DNA of 64,000 nucleotides, taken from Eledone cirrhosa (lineage: Eukaryota). Positions 12,244 through 25,581 of the stretch are shown piece after piece (positions within the stretch are counted from its first letter, which is position 1; the number at the start of each line of letters is the position of its first letter). Made by a program: the position numbers and the translations under genes. The stretch covers positions 428,482,001 to 428,546,000 of the forward strand of contig OZ024740.1 of assembly GCA_964016885.1 (NCBI GenBank). Direction: 5' to 3'. A model generated the notes under the pieces. The model saw only the letters and a list, made by a program, of their open reading frames with translations, was not told where the DNA came from and searched no databases.

Positions 12244-15200
12244 CTACAGAACAATGTAGAGAGAAGGCCCATTTACACGGGCCATTCTCGCTTCTTTCAC
12301 CCACCTTTCATAAAACTGTCTGGGACCAAGCACTTCTCTCTCCATCCTGATTCTTCTTCCGAAGTGGTATCGGAAGAAGTAAACCAGGTGATGGCCGGAG
12401 AGAAAGTCACCCGACCTCAGACCTTTCAGGCGCGTCCACCACACAACCTCTTTCATCATGGCTATTACGCACAGGAAGACCGCCTCTGCTTCATTTCTGA
12501 AGGGAGGAGGCGGCTTGATGTTCACCACAGACTCGGCGGTTAATCGAATCGGCGCCACACGCGACAGCAGTCGTTCGACGTAGCCCCACAGATCGGCAAC
12601 GCCCGGGCAGTGTACCAGTGCATGCGCAACGGTTTCCTCGTCGCGCACGCATCTGGGACAGATCTTTTTCGCGGGATCCCTGCCCGGGCGCCCGTGTCTG
12701 TAGAGCTTTTCTCGAACGGGCAGAGCCCCCCGGTAACACTGCCAGGCTAGGGACCTCTGGAAGTTGTCCATGGGTCCCGGGCCGAAAGTTCTACCGAACA
12801 GGCTGGCCAGTTCGTCCTCCTCCATGCCTAGCGACTCTCCAAGGGTGTCGTCGCCCTTGCTAGCCACCAACCCTCTATAGAATGTCGAGGTGGATTCTCC
12901 ACTGATAGTCGGGTCCGCTTGCCAGATAGCCGTGAGCGCCTGGGCACACTCGGTGTGCCAGTTGCCCAGTTTTCTCGGTCTTTGCTTCACCCAGGATTGC
13001 AGTTCGGTGAGCGAGACGAGCTGTGGGAAGGCTCGCCTCACAAACGGGGCCCACACCGGCTGACCTGTGAGGAATACCTTTAGATGCCGTAGCCTCAATG
13101 CGTGCCTACGCATCAACAGCCACGGCATACCCAGCCCTCCTTTCGAAGGGTGCTGGCAGCAGATGGATCTCCTCACCATGGGAGGCCGCTTCTTCCAGAG
13201 GAACTGGAAGAGCATGCGTTCCATGATGGTGATCTTTTCCTTGGGGCAAGGCACGACGGTCAGGCGGTAGCAGATGACGGACGCTATGTAAGCGTTCGTC
13301 ACCTCCGCCCGACCTTTCAGTGATAGTTTGCACTTGGCCCACTTCTGGGTCAGCGCAAACACCCTGCTCGTCACCTCGCCCCAATTCTTCTCCACCTGGA
13401 GGTCCGGTCCGAACCAGACCCCGAGCAGCTTCACCGGGCCCTCCGTCCACCGCCCGACGACACCGTCTAACGGCATCGGTTTGCCCCTCCACGTTCCGAG
13501 TTGTAAACCGACTGACTTGTCCCGGTTCAGCCTAGCCCCCGTCAGCCTTTCGTATTCCTGCAGTAGGGTGGCGATCGCCCCGATTTCCGAGGCGTCTGCC
13601 ACCATTACTGTTACGTCGTCGGCATAGGCCGAGACCGCTTTGTGCAATCTCGGTTCCAGGGGTATGCCCCGCAGCAACTCCAACTTCCGCAGCAGTGGCT
13701 CGAGAGTCAATACGTACAGAAGGGAGGAGAGGGGGCACCCCTGTCTGATGGACCGGGTGATTTGAAACGGCTCCGAGAGGTAGCCGTTTACTTTAATCCT
13801 AGAGTAGATGTTGCCACTGTGCATGGCAGAAATCCAGCCCCTGAAAACGGGTCCGAAGCCCGCCGCCGCTAGCACCGCATCCAGGTAACCATGGTCGACC
13901 CTATCGAACGCCTTAGATTGATCCAAGTTGATCAGGGCCCCACCAAAGCCGGGTTCGTTGCCAACCCTCTCTATGATGTATCGCATGAGGTGGAGGTTGT
14001 CGTGAATGGACCTGGACGGGATAGCGCATGTCTGCGCGTCTCCCACCAAACCACCCACCACAAGCGCCAACCTCTTCGCCAACACCTTGGCCAAAATCTG
14101 TAACTCTGCATTCAGCAGAGTTATGGGCCTAAAGTTACTTAAGTCGTCCCCCTTGCTCTCGTCCTTCCTCACTAGCGATACCACGCCCTTGGTCACAGAA
14201 CAGGGAATTCTCCCGTTCTGTTGCCAGTTGCAATAGACAGACTCGAGGAGTTCGGAGAACAAGACCGGCATAGCTAAATAAAGTTCGTATGGTAGACCAT
14301 CGAGACCCGGAGATTTGCGTCTGCTGCATTGGCTGAGCGCTTCCCCGATTTCAGTGGCTGTGATTGGCCTTTCGCAGCACTCCGCTTCGCCTCTCGAAAG
14401 ACGCGGTAGACCGTCGAGGTATGGACCGAAGTCCACATCCCCGTCCGGCCCCCCGCCCCCTCCGAACAGTCGAGCAAAGTGCCTTTGAAAGGCCTCGCAC
14501 ATCCGCTCAGGTTCAAGGATCACCCGTCCATCCTGGTCTCGCAAAGACCGTATGGTGGATTTAATCCCACTCTTGGCTTCTGTCACGCGGGCCCAGCTAA
14601 CAGCTTTGGTCCCCTCGTTTCCTAAAGCACGTATTTTACTTCGGACAACGCAGCCTTCGTGCTTCGCGTCAAAGAACTGGCTCAACGCCGTTCTCGCCGC
14701 TAACACTCTGGCTACGTCTCCGCTCCTAATCGCCTCTTCTAGTTTATCTGTTAACTCCCTTTCCTTCCTATTTCTATTTGCCGCTAGTTCCTTACTGTAA
14801 CCTATCGAACTTACTCTAATCTCTCTCTTTAGAGATATCCACCACCTACTGTTGACGATCGCTCCCGTCAACCGCATCTTAACTAAGCTACTAATCCGGT
14901 TCCTGTAATCTTTCTTTGCCGGCAAGGACAAGTTCATCTTCCAGTAACCGGGACCCTGTCTATGCGTTCTATCAAGGTTGACCACGCAGGTCACTAATTT
15001 GTGATCTGAATAGCCAACCATGATCAATTCTGGACAACTAAATACGTCCCTATCCTTACTCCTAACCAAAAACCTATCTAGGTACGATCTAGATTGTCCA
15101 CTGCGGTTTGCCCAGGTCCAGGTTGGCGCAGTTGGACAATCTAGTCGAAATCTATCGACCAGGTCGAATCGATCGAGTAACCCCTTGAGGCTGCTACACC

Positions 15201-15679
15201 CCCCTCTATCGGGACATGCCCCTGCATAGTCCCAACGCGCATCTAGGATTCCATTCCAGTCCCCCACTAAAAGCAGGGAACGCGACGTTCCTAGAAAAGT
15301 ATCCAGACGCTGGAAGAGGTCGGGTCTTTCAGCCCGAAGGGGGCATAAAGACCGACCAGTCTGAAAGCCCCGCCTTCACCGCCTCCGACGTCCAGCACCA
15401 GTAATCGACCCCCCAGGTCCGAGTGAACAATCTGTACGTCGAGAGCCAGACGTTTATCCAGCAGTACGGCAACTCCCCCCCCCCCCTCCCGCCTCCGGGT
15501 TGACAGAGAGATGCGTGCATCTCAAAGTCATCGAAGGCGGGAGCCAGCTGTCGCACGCTGCTGATCCGACTCTCGCAAACAACCATCACATCTATACTTC
15601 GTGACCTGAGGTCACTTAGTAGCTTTGCTTGCTTCCAAGCTGAGCCCAGGCCACGCGCGTTCAAACAGCCAACTCTCAA
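12244..15679 (-). CDS. ORF2: APE endonuclease, reverse transcriptase and C-terminal CxxC..H...C (frameshifts near 15480 and 15333)
   Basis: LNARG, GDWN, SYLDRF, SDH, SPGLDGLP, FRPITLLN, DQSKAFDRVDH, RQGCPLS, YADD, CPRC..EETVAHALVHC. Confidence 0.92.
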
Positions 15680-15684
15680 TTGAT

Positions 15685-17511
15685 CTATTTTGGTGTTGAA
15701 AGTGAAGAAAGAAAAGCACCTACCTCTCCGGGTTGTGTGATTTCCATGGCGTCAGGTGTGTTGGGTGGAGGGATGTTTTGTGGTGGTGTGGGGGTGCCCG
15801 AGTGTGGTGGGGTTGGGGTGTTTGGAGTTGTGTCAGGGAGAGGGGAGGTTATGGGGAAATCTTTCAAGAGGACGCGATTTAACGGTTTTAAACAGGGGGG
15901 CTCACGTCCTGTCTAAATTGTTCTTTTAAGGAACGATAAAGGTCCAGAGAGACCTTTATCATTTTTAAATGGGTGAAGTTCTCTGTTGAGATAAAGTTTG
16001 GCCCTTCGGTCTGCACCAAAGGGCTATTGTTTATTAATTTAAACAGTTTTTTGTTTTCTTTACTTATATATGTGTATTGCAACGTCTCTTTTTGTGGTGC
16101 TGTCAATGTTTCGGAGAGGGGAGGCGCAGATTGATTTTTGTTTGTTGAGGGTGGGGTGTTTTTGATTGGAGTTGGTGTTTGTGTGTGGGTTATTTGTGGT
16201 GTGCTGGGTGTGTGCTTTCTTTTTTTTCTTTTAACTTGTCTGAAGGCTTCTCCTCCTTCTTCTTCAGAAGTTGGGGGAAACTCTTCAGCGCTAGGTGGGA
16301 GGGACGTCGTGTCTGGTTGTTTTTTTTTTTGCGGGAGGGGTAGATTTGTTGCTGTTTTTTTTATTATTTGTTTGGAATGGGTTTTGTGGTGGTGGTGGTG
16401 CTGTTTGTGTCGTGCTTGTGGTTGGTAATGGTGGTGGTGGTGTTTGTGTTGGTGATGGTGGTGGTGATTTTCGTGTCGTGCTTGTGTTTGGTGCTGGTGG
16501 TGGTGATGTTTGTGTTGTGCTTGGTGGTGTTTGTATTTTGTTTGCTGTGTGTGGTATTAGTGTATTTTTGGAGGTGGGTGGTGTTGGTTTACTGTTTGTG
16601 GTGGGTGTGGGCAATAGTCCTTTTTGGGGGATACGTTTCGGGCAGTTAGCCTTAATGTGTCCCCTTTCCATGCATAAATAGCATGCTGGTCTTCTCCCCT
16701 CTACAATTGTATCTATTGGGGTGAGCTCATCCAGCCAGATGCGATCCGGGATTTGTGCTATTCTTTCGGGCCTCATTTGGACTAGTAGGTCGAGGCCAAT
16801 TCCCAGGAACGCATCTCCGGATGCCTTCCCCATTGACAGCACTGTGTCCTCGCCCATGTCTATGAAGCCAGCAATAGCCCACCAGAAGTCCATTGTGGGC
16901 AGCATTGTTTTTATTTTTACTCTCTGTGTTCTTCTACCCATGTAGGAGGGATAGAAGCTGTATGTTGTCGATGAGAGTGGGCTTAGGGAAAGCTTCTGCG
17001 CCGTTTCCTTGTCTTTTGTTAAGACCGAAATGCTGCCATAGAGTCGGTCCTTTCGTATGAAGAGAATATTCTTCATATAGTCTTTTAGGACCAACTCTAT
17101 TTCCATTTGGCTGGGCTGTGCTGGCTTTCTTGTTTGGTTTAGGATTGTTCTGAAGAGAACTGTGTTCTCTGTTCTCGCTTTCTTGAATTCTGGGGGGGAG
17201 TTAATGGAAAACATTCCGTTCTCCCCCAAAACAATGTGTTTCTTCGCTTCGGCCAGTTTTTCTCTGGCGGCAGTTAGGTCAATTGGTGTGTATGTTATGG
17301 ATTGTTTTGTTTTCTGGGCGAAAGTTGCCCTGTTGTTATTTGTATTATTTTCTGTTTGTTTGTTTTCCGTTTGCTCATTTTCCTTAACATTTGTTTTTTC
17401 ATTTTCTTTGTTTGTTTCGTTGTCTAATTTTGTTGTAATTATTTTTTGTTCTTCAGACTTGGGGGGCGTGGCAGAGCTAATGGCAGACATGTCTGCCATC
17501 TTTTCCGCCAT
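15685..17511 (-). CDS. ORF1: gag-like nucleic-acid-binding protein (frameshifts in homopolymers near 16320 and 15895)
   Basis: CYLCMERGHIKANC zinc knuckle, Pro/Thr-rich tail, position upstream of ORF2. Confidence 0.8.
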
Positions 17512-18269
17512 GCTGCCAAGAAAGAAATTTTTCGGCAAAAATAGATATTTATTTTACCCCCTAAAAAGGGGGTAAATGCAAAAATGTTTCCCTAAATAAC
17601 AGGGGTTAGTGTTCCAAATGTGTTGCACTAAAAAATGTATCCGGTACTTACAATAGTAAGGGTAAATCCCGATGGAATAGCAGAGCCGATGTGAAGCGTG
17701 TCTTACTCTATCAAGATAGATAGATAGATAGATAGACAAGATGCGAGTGGGCTGGACCTCGTCAAATCGGGCCAGGGAAACAATGTTTCCATTGCTGATA
17801 CTTTCTACCACTCGCAACTCCCGACAGAATGGTCAACATAGAATAAAGTGTCTTGCTCAAGGAAACAACGCATTACCCGGCCTGAGAATTGAACTCAGGA
17901 CCTCACGATTGCAGAACCAACTATACCTGTATAAACGTTCACATAACCATACATACAAACATACATATATCAATCATAAATATAAACATACATCATACAA
18001 GCATACCTACATACAAATACCATACATACATACACATATACATATATACATACATACATATATATACATGCATACATACATACATTCACATATACATACA
18101 CACATGCTTACATACATACATACATACATGCATACATAGATACATACATACATAGATTCATACATACATACATACATGCATACATAGATACATACATGCA
18201 TACATACATACATACATACATACATACATACATACATACATACATACATACATACATACATACATACAT

Positions 18270-18312
18270 ACATGATGGCTGCCCCCTCGTTATCGAGTAT
18301 GGCCATTGCACG
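18270..18312 (-). mobile_element. extreme 3' end of an RTE-like LINE with (ATGT)n tail
   Basis: ggccatactcg-ataa-cgagggggcagccatc(atgt)n matches 24715-24750. Confidence 0.55.
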
Positions 18313-18377
18313 AGAAGGAGAAAAAAAAAAAATAAATAAATAAAAGAAAATAAAAGAAAATAATAATAGTAATAATA

Positions 18378-18415
<38 letters not shown>

Positions 18416-18482
18416 AAAAAAAAAAAAGAAATATATATATATATATATATATATACATACATACATATATACATACACACAT

Positions 18483-18524
<42 letters not shown>

Positions 18525-18584
18525 TAATAACAATAATAATAATAATAATAATAATAGCAATAATAATAATAACGACAACAACAA

Positions 18585-19427
18585 GAGCAGCCTTAAGGGA
18601 AAATTCCTTCATAGTACCTTCTTTGAGAAAACTGAATTTAGAGATCCACAGACATGGAACTGGTTGAGAAGAGGAGACCTCAAAAAGGCTACAGAAGGAA
18701 TGCTAATGGCTGCGCAGGAGCAGGCCCTCAAAACGAAGTGGTTGAAGCACCATATCTACAAGGAGGAGGCTAGCCCACTGTGCAGGATCTGTGGAGAGAG
18801 AGAGGAGACTGTGGCTCACATTGTGTCCGAGTGTAAACACCTAGCCCAGACCCACTATAAGGGCTGGAGACACGATGTGATGGGCAGGGTGATCCACTGG
18901 CACCTGTGCAAAGTAAACAATTTACCACATTCTGAGAAATGGTATGAGCATAGGCCAGAGGCGGTGATGGAGAACAATCAGGTGAAGGTGCTGTGGGATT
19001 TTAGGATACAGACGGACAAAAAACTGGAACACAATAGACCTGACCTGGTGGTTGTGGACAAAGAAAAAAGATCGTGTCTGATTGTGGATGTGGCCTGCCC
19101 GTTCGACACGAGAGTGCAAGAGAAGGAGAGAGAGAAGATTAACCGATACCAGGACCTAAAGTGGGAGGTGAAAAGGATTTGGAACTGCCATGAAGTCAAA
19201 GTGATCCCGATTGTCATAGGCGCACTGGGGACAATCTCCAAAAGTTTCCGGGGATGGTTAAAGAAAATCGGCCCCTTCACGCTTTTTGGAACGCTTCAAA
19301 AGGCATGCTTGCTTGGAACAGCAAGAACCCTCCGATACGTCCTGAATATCTGAGGCTGCAGGTAGTGGCTTGATATTCAATCCAACGGACTTTGCAGTTA
19401 ACCAACATCAATGACTGAGATTCAAGG
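18585..19427 (+). mobile_element. 5'-truncated R4/Dong-type non-LTR retrotransposon (CCHC plus restriction-like endonuclease; ORF 18664-19353)
   Basis: AAQEQAL, CRICG..EETVAHIVSEC, RHD, LWD..IQTD..LEHNRPDLVVVD, IVDVACPFD, KY.DL-like RYQDL, IPIVIGALG; TSD aataacgacaacaacaa at 18568-18584 and 19428-19444. Confidence 0.88.
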
Positions 19428-19495
19428 AATAACGACAACAACAATAATAATATACATATTCATATATATATACACACACACGCACGCACATAAGC

Positions 19496-19527
<32 letters not shown>

Positions 19528-19535
19528 GATAGCAA

Positions 19536-22500
19536 CTAACAGTGCTGCGATCGAATGTGGCTTTTTAGCCCAGCCAATGATCTAAAATGTCTTGCACAGA
19601 GTCGGCAACCAAAACATTCACTGGGAATAGTCGGCTGTGGTTGGAGTTCGTGTACTTTTGCATGTCGCTTGAGCCCTCCTGCTGATATACATTCTCTACC
19701 ACATGTTTGGCAAGCATGATGAGTAGCATCTCCAACTGCAGCCTGGTAGTCAACCACTGGTCTTACTTTATGACTGCGAAGATGACTTTTGAGTCCAGCT
19801 TTGCTTAGGCAGAGTCTCGCACAGATGCTGCATGTCAGCACCATAGGAGGACCCTCGCCGTCTGGAAGTGCAACAGCAATGGCCTTCCTCACATCCCGCT
19901 TTACTTTCTCGTGTGCGATTCGAGATGCCTCAAAGGCAACTTTTCCCTCATATACAGTCTTTCTCCATTTATTACGATCAGCAGCAACATTTTCCCATGT
20001 ATCAGCAGAGATGTTAGAGTCTTTCAGAGAGGCTTTCAAGGAATCCTTATACCTCTTTTTTGGTTTATGTGGCGGTTGTTTTCCTTTAACCAACTCTCCA
20101 TAGAAGAGTTGTTTTGGTATTCTAGAATCCTTCATCCTGGCAAGGTGACCACTCCAACGGAGTCGTTGCTTAAGCACAAGAGCTTCTATACTGTCACACA
20201 TAGAGCTTTCCAAAATCTCGACATCACTGATGTGGTCCCTCCAGTGAACGCCATGGATCCGTCTGAGACACATCTGATGGAAACGCTCCAATTGCTTAAG
20301 GTGGTGTCGATATGTGACCCAGGTCTCGCAGGCATAAAGAAGACAAGAGAGTACACATGCCCTGTACACCTTTACCTTTGTCCTCCTGCATATGTCTCGC
20401 CGACCCCAGAGTCGCCTTTCTAGCTTTCCGAAAGCATCACTTGCTTTCCTAATCCTAAGTGAGATTTCACTGTCAAGGTTGCCGTATCGATTGACAGTGC
20501 TTCCCAGGTAGACAAACTGATCAACCACTCCAAGTCGTTTGCCATACACATAGATGTTAGGTTCAGTGTACTGCTTACTAGGGGCAGGTTGGTACATGAC
20601 AACGGTTTTCTTGAGACTGACAGTCAAACCCAGGGCAGTGCAAGCGTCAGAAAATGCATTCAAAATGTGCTGCATATCACTCTCTGTGTGCGCTACAAGA
20701 TCGCAATCATCTGCATACAAGAGGTCTCTTATGATTGATGTAAACACCTTTGTCTTCGCAGCAAAGCGCCTGATGTTAAATATGCTGCCTAAGGTTCGAT
20801 ATCGGATGTAAACACCATGCTCGCAATTCCTGAATGCAATACAGAAAACCATTGCAAAGTATATGGCAAACAGGGTCGGTGCTGGAATATCCCCCTGTTT
20901 CACTCCATTTTTTACTGAGATAGGCTCCGACATGTTACCTCCGACATTAACCTAAGCCTTCATGTCGTCATGGAAAGACCTAACTAAAGCAAGGAACTTA
21001 TCAGGGCAACCAAGTTTCTGGAGAACCTTCCATAATGCATCTCTGTTGACAGTATCGAAAGCCTTTGCCAGATCGACAAAAACCTGATACAGATCCAAGC
21101 CTTGTTCAATGCACTTCTCCTGGAGCTGTCTAGCTGAGAAGATCATATCAGTAGTGCCACGTCTAGCACGAAAACCAGATTGACTTTCAGGAAGAATACA
21201 ATCTGCAATGTGTGTCAGCAGACGGTCCAGAAGTACCCTACATAAAACTTTCTCTACAACAGAAAGCAATGATATACCTCTGTAGTTCCCACAATCATTC
21301 CTGTTACCCTTTCCCTTGTACAAGACCACCATTACTGCATCTCTCCAGTCCTCAGGTACGGATTCATTAGCCCATATCCTTCCAAACAAAGAGTGCAGAT
21401 GTTGCAGGAGTCTCTCACCACCATATTGTAGGAGCTCAGCATGTATGCCATCCATACCTGGAGATCTTCCACTGTTCAGCTTCGAAATAGCCACTGCAAC
21501 CTCCACAAGCGTCGGAGGTTCTGCGAGAGCTACTTTCACTGGACTTTCTGGAATGAGATTGAGGAAATCTTCACCGACGACAGACGGCTGATTCAAAAGA
21601 TCATCAAAGTGCTCTCGCCACCTTCGTAGAATTCCCTGTGAGTCACGAAGAAGTTCTTTGCCATCCTTGCTGCGAAGCGGTGTCACCAGAGAAGAAGACG
21701 GTCCATAAACCTCACGCAAGAGACTGTACAACAGCTTTGTGTTATTGGAATCAGACGCAGTTTGTATCTCACCAGCCTTCTCACTCCACCACTGATCCTT
21801 CATCTGAGAAAGACTCCGCCTAACACGTGATTTTACATCCCTGAGCTCCTCATGCAACGTATTCATCTCCTGTGGTTTTGCCGTCAAGTAGCGTGACAGA
21901 GCACGCCTCTTATCAGCCAACAAGTCTTCTATATGTACATCATTCTCATTAAACCAGTCCTGATATTTTCTCTGCGCCAATCCCAGAACACGCCTGCCTA
22001 CATCATAAACCGACTTTTTAAGGGTCGGCCAATCCTCACCAAGATCTGCAGCCTGCATCTCTTCTTCAAATGTCCTCTTCACATTTTTATCCTTAAGACG
22101 AGCAGCATTCAATCTTTTGGGCAGGGCAACACCAGGAGCCCGGATTTTACGTTTGGTGATTAGTTTCACTTTTGCGCGTACCAGGCGGTGGTCCGTCCAG
22201 CACTCAGCTCCACGAAGAACACGAACACACTGCACATCCTGTCTGTCACGCATCCTGACTAGGACGTAGTCCAAAAGATGCCATTCCTTAGATGCAGGAT
22301 GCATCCATGTGGTCTTGAATTTGTTCTTTTGTTGGAACATGGTGTTGGTAACACAGATCCAGCTCCTCACACATCTGCAGCAGGAGCATACCATTGCTGT
22401 TACACTTTCCCACCCCATGCCTTCCGATTACATTCCATGTGTTAAAATCCCTACCCACTCTAGCATTAAAGTCACCAAGCACGATGACTTTGTCTGCCTG

Positions 22501-23079
22501 AGGGATATTTCTTAGAACACCTTTCAAGGCATGGTAAAAGGACAGTTTTTCTTCATCGACAGAATTCATAGTTGGAGCATACACACTCACCAGAGTAGGA
22601 TATCTTCCTTTGTCCAGCGGAACTCTCATGGACTTAAGACGCTCACTAATCCCTACTGGGAATTCTTCTAATTTATTCACAAGTACAGTCTTAACAGCAA
22701 ATCCTACCCCAGCCTCTCTTCTGGTTCCTTCATCTCTTCCTTTTCAGAAGAATGTACATTCTCCACAAAATTCCGTAAGATGACCATCTCCAGCTAACCT
22801 CGTCTCAGATAAAGCCACGATGTCAAGATCGTAACGTCGAAGCTCCTTTGCAACAAGAGCGGTCCTTCGTTCAGGACGCTCCAAGGAATCCCTGTCAAGC
22901 AGCGTCCGTACGTTCCAGCAGCCAAGACTAAATGCCTTGTTTGGCTCTATTACAATGGCACGATGATGAGCGGGCCCAGGCTGTGATAACTTGGGGCCCC
23001 TGCCCTTATTGCCAATGATCTTTTTTGTTCCAGAACCTAAATTGCCAATTATCTCTTTTACATTGTTCTGGAACATCAT
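19536..23079 (-). pseudogene. RTE-clade (BovB-like) LINE ORF: APE, RT and three C2H2 fingers; one stop (20952) and two frameshifts
   Basis: GCWNVRTL, LSETRL, VYAPT, LGDFNARVG, TWMHP, LLDYVL, TDH, NYRGISLLS, FVDLAKAFD, GVKQG, YADD, LLYACETW, RLRWSGH. Confidence 0.92.
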
Positions 23080-23164
23080 TGAATTGGAAAAAAAAAAAAA
23101 AAAAAAAGTAATAATAATAGTAATAATAATAATAATAATAATAGTACACTATTAATAATTATTA

Positions 23165-23447
23165 ATGCACTCGTGCAATGCCTGTGCGTGACGAATATTT
23201 TTAAAGTGAGGAAAGACTGTGCACTGAGCCAATCCCACTCTCTGAGCGACAGTAGCTATAACCCGAAAAGAAGAAAAGATCAACATCATCGGAAACTACT
23301 GAGCCGCAGGTTTTATATCGGAGTTAACCCAGTTTCCTGAGATGCCTTCTCCTAGAAGAATGCCCTGATAAGGGCTAGGGGTTCTTCACTCCCAGTGGTT
23401 TAACTGCGCGATCGGGCATCCAGCCCGATTATTTCTATGTCCCCGTG
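23165..23447 (-). mobile_element. probable 5'UTR of the RTE element, separated from the ORF by an (AAT)n/poly-A tract
   Basis: Unique, more GC-rich segment immediately upstream of the ORF; assignment is by position. Confidence 0.4.
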
Positions 23448-24714
23448 CAAAAAAAAAAAAAAAAAAAACTCACTTATTGACACTTATACGTACGACATAC
23501 ACACACACGCATACATATGCGCGCACACAGCAACACTCATACATACAAACAAACACACACACACGCTACTCTACTCACTTACACGCACACACACATATAA
23601 TATATATATTACCGTCATTACTGATACAAGATTACAAGATTATGTCAACTGTTGACTTTCAAGAGTTTGTATAGTTGAAGCCGATCGTATTACAGTCCAG
23701 TATTATTATAATTGCTTTACAGCATAGAGTTATGGCTCTCCACGCTCTGAGCTCAAATCCCGCCGAGATCAACCTTGCCTTTCATCCCCACGGAGTCAAC
23801 AAAAGAGAGTACCAGCGATGCGCTGGGCCAGTCGCTGGATCCGTGCCAAAAGCAGAAAAATTATTATTAAAGTTGTTTTCTTAAGGCCCGGTCGCTGGTG
23901 ATGGCGGCGGCGGTGGCGGTGGTGGTGGTGGTGGCAGTTGATGTTGTTGTTGTGTTGTGTGCGTGGTGTGTGTGTGTGTGTTTTGTTATTTCGAGTTTTT
24001 TTGTTTTTTTTTCCCCTTTTCTTTTCTTTTCCCTTCCTTTTTTTATGTTTCGATGCCGCTGTTGTTGTTGTTGTAAATGTTCATTTCAGTTCATTCTGAA
24101 GCTGTTGTTGCTGTAAACGTTTAGTGCCGGTGTTGTTGTTGTTGTAGATGTTGGGGTTGAAATCTGGTCGTTTGACTGAGTGATGTATATACACACATAT
24201 ACATACACTCACATATATATATATATATATATACACATTCAACAGAGAGTAGAGAGTTTGACAACAAGTCGATGACTTTAGTCTAGATAGGGTATGGTAT
24301 GGTAATGACATGTGATGGTGGGGAGAGAGTGTAGAAGTTATTGTGGTGGTGGCGACAGTGAGATGTATCTAGTTCATTTGACCGTTTTATCTCTTTGCAA
24401 AATTTGAATTTTAGCCATGTTATATTGAGATGTAAGTAAATGTAAAATGTAAGATATAAAAATTAGGATTGCTCTGCTAAAATATACTAAAATATTTGTG
24501 TAACTTCCACAAACTTCTGTCGTGACATTCCCGAGTCCAGTGACCAAAAAATTGTTGTATTTTGATGTTTCAGAATACAAAAATTAATTAAAAACTTACC
24601 CCACGAAAATACAGCGTGTGTTGTCCTATCTATAAGCTCCCTCATACATTCATACATACATACATACATACATACATACATACATACATACATACATACA
24701 TACATACATACATA

Positions 24715-24860
24715 CATGGTGGCTGCCAACTCGTTTTCGAGTACGGCCACTACTTTATATCCATGTAGGAGAACTCCTACCGATGCGCTGAACGAATGTA
24801 ACTTTAGTCCGGCCAGCGACTTGAAAACTCTGGTACAAACACTACACCTGTGACAATTAT
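24715..24860 (-). mobile_element. RTE-like 3' fragment with a C2H2 finger and (ATGT)n tail
   Basis: CSVCTRVFKSLAGLKLH resembles the last finger of 19536-20933 (CRLCARHFRSLAGLKSH). Confidence 0.65.
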
Positions 24861-25477
24861 TGACACATAGTGCTAGGCCCATGTTACCATGTGACGACAA
24901 GTGCAGAGAGATCTCCAGATACAAAGCAATGCCTTTGTAACACGCACACAGGCACACAAATAAACATACATATCTTTACTTTCTTTATTCAATACAAAAT
25001 CTGAATTCTGACACCCCAGCGAACTAACCATATTCACTGAACCAGAACAATTCTCCCATCCAATTTCTCTTAACCATTATCTTTTACTTGTCATAAAATT
25101 CTCTAAAAATGCTACAGAATAGATTTCCAAATAAGGGCACGAAAATTTAATGAAAACTTGTTCACGTGACAGCCATAATTTCATTTATAACCAATCAAAT
25201 TACGTTTATTTAAAAAAAGCCTTCGTGCCCCCCCCCCCCTTTTTAAGTAAAAAGAAATTCAAACACTCATATATGAAAAACAACCTGTGACAACCCCCGC
25301 CTTGTTTGAAGAACTTTGTAACGAGATCTGGCGCGAAATTTATTATAATTATTGACCAACCAATCAAATTACTTCTCGAAAAACCTGGCATTTCGAGCCA
25401 CTTTTTCCATATAAAATAAGTAACATTCAGAGACCAACCAGATGTGAGAAAAACCACAGACCCTCCATCTCAACTCA

Positions 25478-25515
25478 CCTTTTGAAAGGCAGAAGAACTG
25501 CGAAACCGGTAAAGG
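25478..25515 (+). ncRNA. hammerhead motif with U3-A8 type core (family E)
   Basis: cctt-TTGAAAG-gcag-aagaa-ctgc-GAAA-CCGG-TA-aagg. Confidence 0.6.
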
Positions 25516-25581
25516 AACCAAATAAATATATATATTTTTTTAAATAAGACTCCAGTTGCATTTTCGATTTCATCTTTTTTT

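Larger units (their letters stand above)
12012..17713 (-). mobile_element. full-length Tx1-type (L1 clade) non-LTR retrotransposon, copy 1
   Basis: ORF1 with CCHC knuckle and ORF2 with APE endonuclease, RT and Cys domain; both ends match copy 2; (GATA)n flanks. Confidence 0.92.

Noticed and set aside
12157-17575. Antisense and alternate-frame ORFs over the Tx1 copies, reproduced in copy 2
   Set aside because: Shadow ORFs of GC-rich coding sequence; recurrence only reflects the near identity of the copies.
23370-23447. HDV-like ribozyme at the RTE 5' end, as known for some RTEs
   Set aside because: Only a simple hairpin (atcgggc/gcccgat) is evident; I could not build the nested double pseudoknot.
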